Source: a virus. Taken from it: a DNA stretch of 16,572 nucleotides. The notes under the pieces are model-generated. The model had not been told where the DNA came from, did no database searches, and saw only the letters and a list, made by a program, of their open reading frames with translations. How positions within the stretch are numbered: position 1 is the first letter of the stretch; each line of letters begins with the position of its first letter. A program made the translations under genes and the position numbers. The stretch lies in the UHGV virus genome UHGV-1353571; one strand, 5' to 3'. Positions 14,806 through 16,572 of the stretch are shown here, piece after piece.

Positions 14806-15860
14806 CGCACTTTCCTCAGTTCAGCGAATTGTAATGATGCGGCCATACCTTGGTAAACGTTCTTGGCGATCAGCTTCAGGAGGTCTTGTATGGACATGTT
14901 GCCCTTTGATGGCATGACCATGTCGTTGATATCCTTCCAAGGAACGTCTGGTGGGAACAGTACAACTTTGACACCTTTATCTATCATCTTCTGAATACCG
15001 TCACACACCTGCGGGTTCCGGTACTGATTATCAGGGATATAAATGTCACCCTTCACGCTCAGTAGATCAGCGTCGGCCGATGCAAGACAGTTGGGTAGGA
15101 ACAGGCTGTCAATCGGACCTTCCACAACCAGCTTGGTCTTGTGAATGTTCACCCGGTCTTCACCATAGACCTTAGTGTCTTCATCCTTGGGCTTGACTGT
15201 TGCGTAGCGCAGTGTCGCATTCTTGTCGAATGCACGCCCCTGAACGATCTTCATGCGACCATCCTGAGTCCAGAATGGGATTACCAGGCGCTCGTCATCG
15301 GGGATCTTCAGCTGCTTCTCAGGGTTCGTTTCGAACTGGAGTAGATCCTGGCGGAAGTGCTGTGTGTAATACAGGAGGGACAAAGTGCTCTCCGGCAGTC
15401 CACGCCACTGTACGTACTGTCGAGCCTTATGGTCAGGCGGTAGCAGATCAAGCCGTAGCATATTGCCGAGGAGGCTCTCGTCGCGTTTTGCCGCCACTGA
15501 GCCAATACGGGCGGTCTGTGTCAGCTTTGGTAACGGCTTCAGGGAAGGAAGTGGTCTGCCCGACGTATCACCCAGCAGACGGAACTTCTCCATGTTGTAC
15601 TCTGTTGAGAGGCGTTCGTCGAACTTCTTCAGCCAGAACTCAAATGACCAGCCATTCATCTGGTTGCAGTTGTGGCACTTGAACCGGAAGCAGTCATGAT
15701 CCCGATCATAGAAGAAGTATCCACGGCGCTTGTTAGCAGACTTCGTGGAGTCACCGCACAGAGGGCAACGGAAGTTCGCAACAGAACCCACGCGCTCCCA
15801 CTTGAACTTGTCAAGGCGAGGTGACAAGTTGTTAATAAATTGCTCGTCAAGAAATTTCAT
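14802..15860 (-). CDS. gp61: DNA primase, T4 gp61-like (zinc-ribbon plus TOPRIM)
   Basis: Zinc-binding segment FRCPLCGDSTKSANKRRGYFFYD...CHNCN parallels T4 gp61 FRCPVCGDSKTDQNKARGWYYGD...CYNCN. TOPRIM motif VVEGPIDSLFL matches T4 VLEGPIDSLFI. Length 352 aa versus about 342 aa for T4 gp61. Confidence 0.85.
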   Translation of the reverse strand: MKFLDEQFINNLSPRLDKFKWERVGSVANFRCPLCGDSTKSANKRRGYFFYDRDHDCFRFKCHNCNQMNGWSFEFWLKKFDERLSTEYNMEKFRLLGDTSGRPLPSLKPLPKLTQTARIGSVAAKRDESLLGNMLRLDLLPPDHKARQYVQWRGLPESTLSLLYYTQHFRQDLLQFETNPEKQLKIPDDERLVIPFWTQDGRMKIVQGRAFDKNATLRYATVKPKDEDTKVYGEDRVNIHKTKLVVEGPIDSLFLPNCLASADADLLSVKGDIYIPDNQYRNPQVCDGIQKMIDKGVKVVLFPPDVPWKDINDMVMPSKGNMSIQDLLKLIAKNVYQGMAASLQFAELRKVR

Positions 15861-16131
15861 TTACCCACCCGGTACGGAAAAGGATAGATTTATACTCTTC
15901 CACCATGTCCTGGTCGTAATCAGTTTGACGGGAATACGATTGGGCTTCAGCACAATCAGCGCCAAGTTCCACAGAAGCCATAGCGGCTTGCATGTTCAAT
16001 TTATTTTTGTACTCAGAAACCATCCCATGTCTTTCCAAATATTCACTTGCCTGGATAAATCGTTTTTCTCTGGCGAACATTAGACCATAGTTGATTTCTG
16101 AAAACTCTCTGTTGTATGCTTTTAATGACAT
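15847..16131 (-). CDS. Hypothetical protein (94 aa)
   Basis: ORF-track ORF; ATG at 16131 with AGAGGT Shine-Dalgarno about 6 nt upstream; overlaps the primase start by 14 nt. No family recognised. Confidence 0.55.
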   Translation of the reverse strand: MSLKAYNREFSEINYGLMFAREKRFIQASEYLERHGMVSEYKNKLNMQAAMASVELGADCAEAQSYSRQTDYDQDMVEEYKSILFRTGWVNEIS

Positions 16132-16140
16132 AATGACCTC

Positions 16141-16455
16141 TTAAATCGCTGGCCTCTGGAACACTTCGGTCACAGTATAGTCTACACCACGACTTTGAGC
16201 TATACACAGTTGGCGCCAAGCCCCATACAGGATATTCTGTTCCCCGGCAGTGTTGCGCTCAAAGTGGGCGAAGCCGTCGAGGAGTTTCATGTAGCTGCGC
16301 ATAAGCTGGGTAACGGTTCTTCCTCTCTTGATCTGTTCATCAAGGTACTTCAGAGCACTCTTGACGATATCAAGACACTGTGCTATCAGACGATCTACAA
16401 ACTGAAGCAGCTGTCGTAAGTCAATACGAAATAAAGGCATATAATTTTTGCTCAT
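16141..16455 (-). CDS. Hypothetical protein (104 aa); start uncertain
   Basis: ORF-track ORF tightly packed with downstream genes. The ATG at 16455 has only a weak GGTGA Shine-Dalgarno, and the start lies 22 nt from a divergent plus-strand ATG. Alternative start at 16440. Confidence 0.45.
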   Translation of the reverse strand: MSKNYMPLFRIDLRQLLQFVDRLIAQCLDIVKSALKYLDEQIKRGRTVTQLMRSYMKLLDGFAHFERNTAGEQNILYGAWRQLCIAQSRGVDYTVTEVFQRPAI

Positions 16456-16477
16456 TATTCACCAAAAGGAAAGGACA

Positions 16478-16572
16478 ATGAGCAAAATCTTTATCCCGTC
16501 ACACCGCGAAGGATGTGAGATCGCGGCCAACTACCTGCGCGGTCGCATGAACTGCGGCGCTGTCTTCATCGA
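16478..16572 (+). CDS. Partial hypothetical CDS running off the 3' end of the window
   Basis: ATG at 16478 preceded by AAAGGA (7-nt spacing), open to the window end (MSKIFIPSHREGCEIAANYLRGRMNCGAVFI...). All three minus frames contain stops here. Only 31 codons visible. Confidence 0.35.
   Translation, partial: MSKIFIPSHREGCEIAANYLRGRMNCGAVFI

Noticed and set aside
15141-16083. Plus-strand ORFs 15141..15344, 15200..15682, 15385..15699 and 15730..16083
   Set aside because: Antisense to the gp61-like primase and its upstream small gene; Ser/Arg/Cys-rich translations typical of shadow ORFs.

Overview
Read by eye from sequence and the supplied ORF track; no searches were run. The window looks like a segment of a large lytic T4-superfamily-like myovirus genome, not a bacterial chromosome. 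Two minus-strand blocks (1..3864 and 7294..16455) carry tightly packed, often overlapping early/middle genes: a gp32-like ssDNA-binding protein, a RuvC-like resolvase, an FmdB-type zinc-ribbon protein, a 2-TM membrane protein, class Ia ribonucleotide reductase (nrdA, nrdB) with a frameshifted NrdH/glutaredoxin-like gene, a PhoH-like ATPase, a modular endolysin, and a gp61-like DNA primase. Between them sits a plus-strand late block (3914..7297) with a gp5-like central spike carrying a CHAP/NlpC-P60-type peptidase domain and a gp25-like baseplate wedge protein. Intergenic regions hold several intrinsic-terminator hairpins, including two with UUCG tetraloops. The observations I rate highest are a hairpin that sequesters the endolysin ribosome-binding site and overlaps a late-promoter-like box (as in T4 gene e), frame discontinuities in the nrdH-like and gp32-like genes, and the CHAP-domain spike. 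I did not recognise a canonical defence or anti-defence system; several small ORFs remain unassigned. The ORF track omits ORFs that run off the window edges, which is why the gp32-like gene and a partial plus-strand ORF at the 3' end are not in it. Functional calls rest on remembered family motifs and should be confirmed by profile searches.
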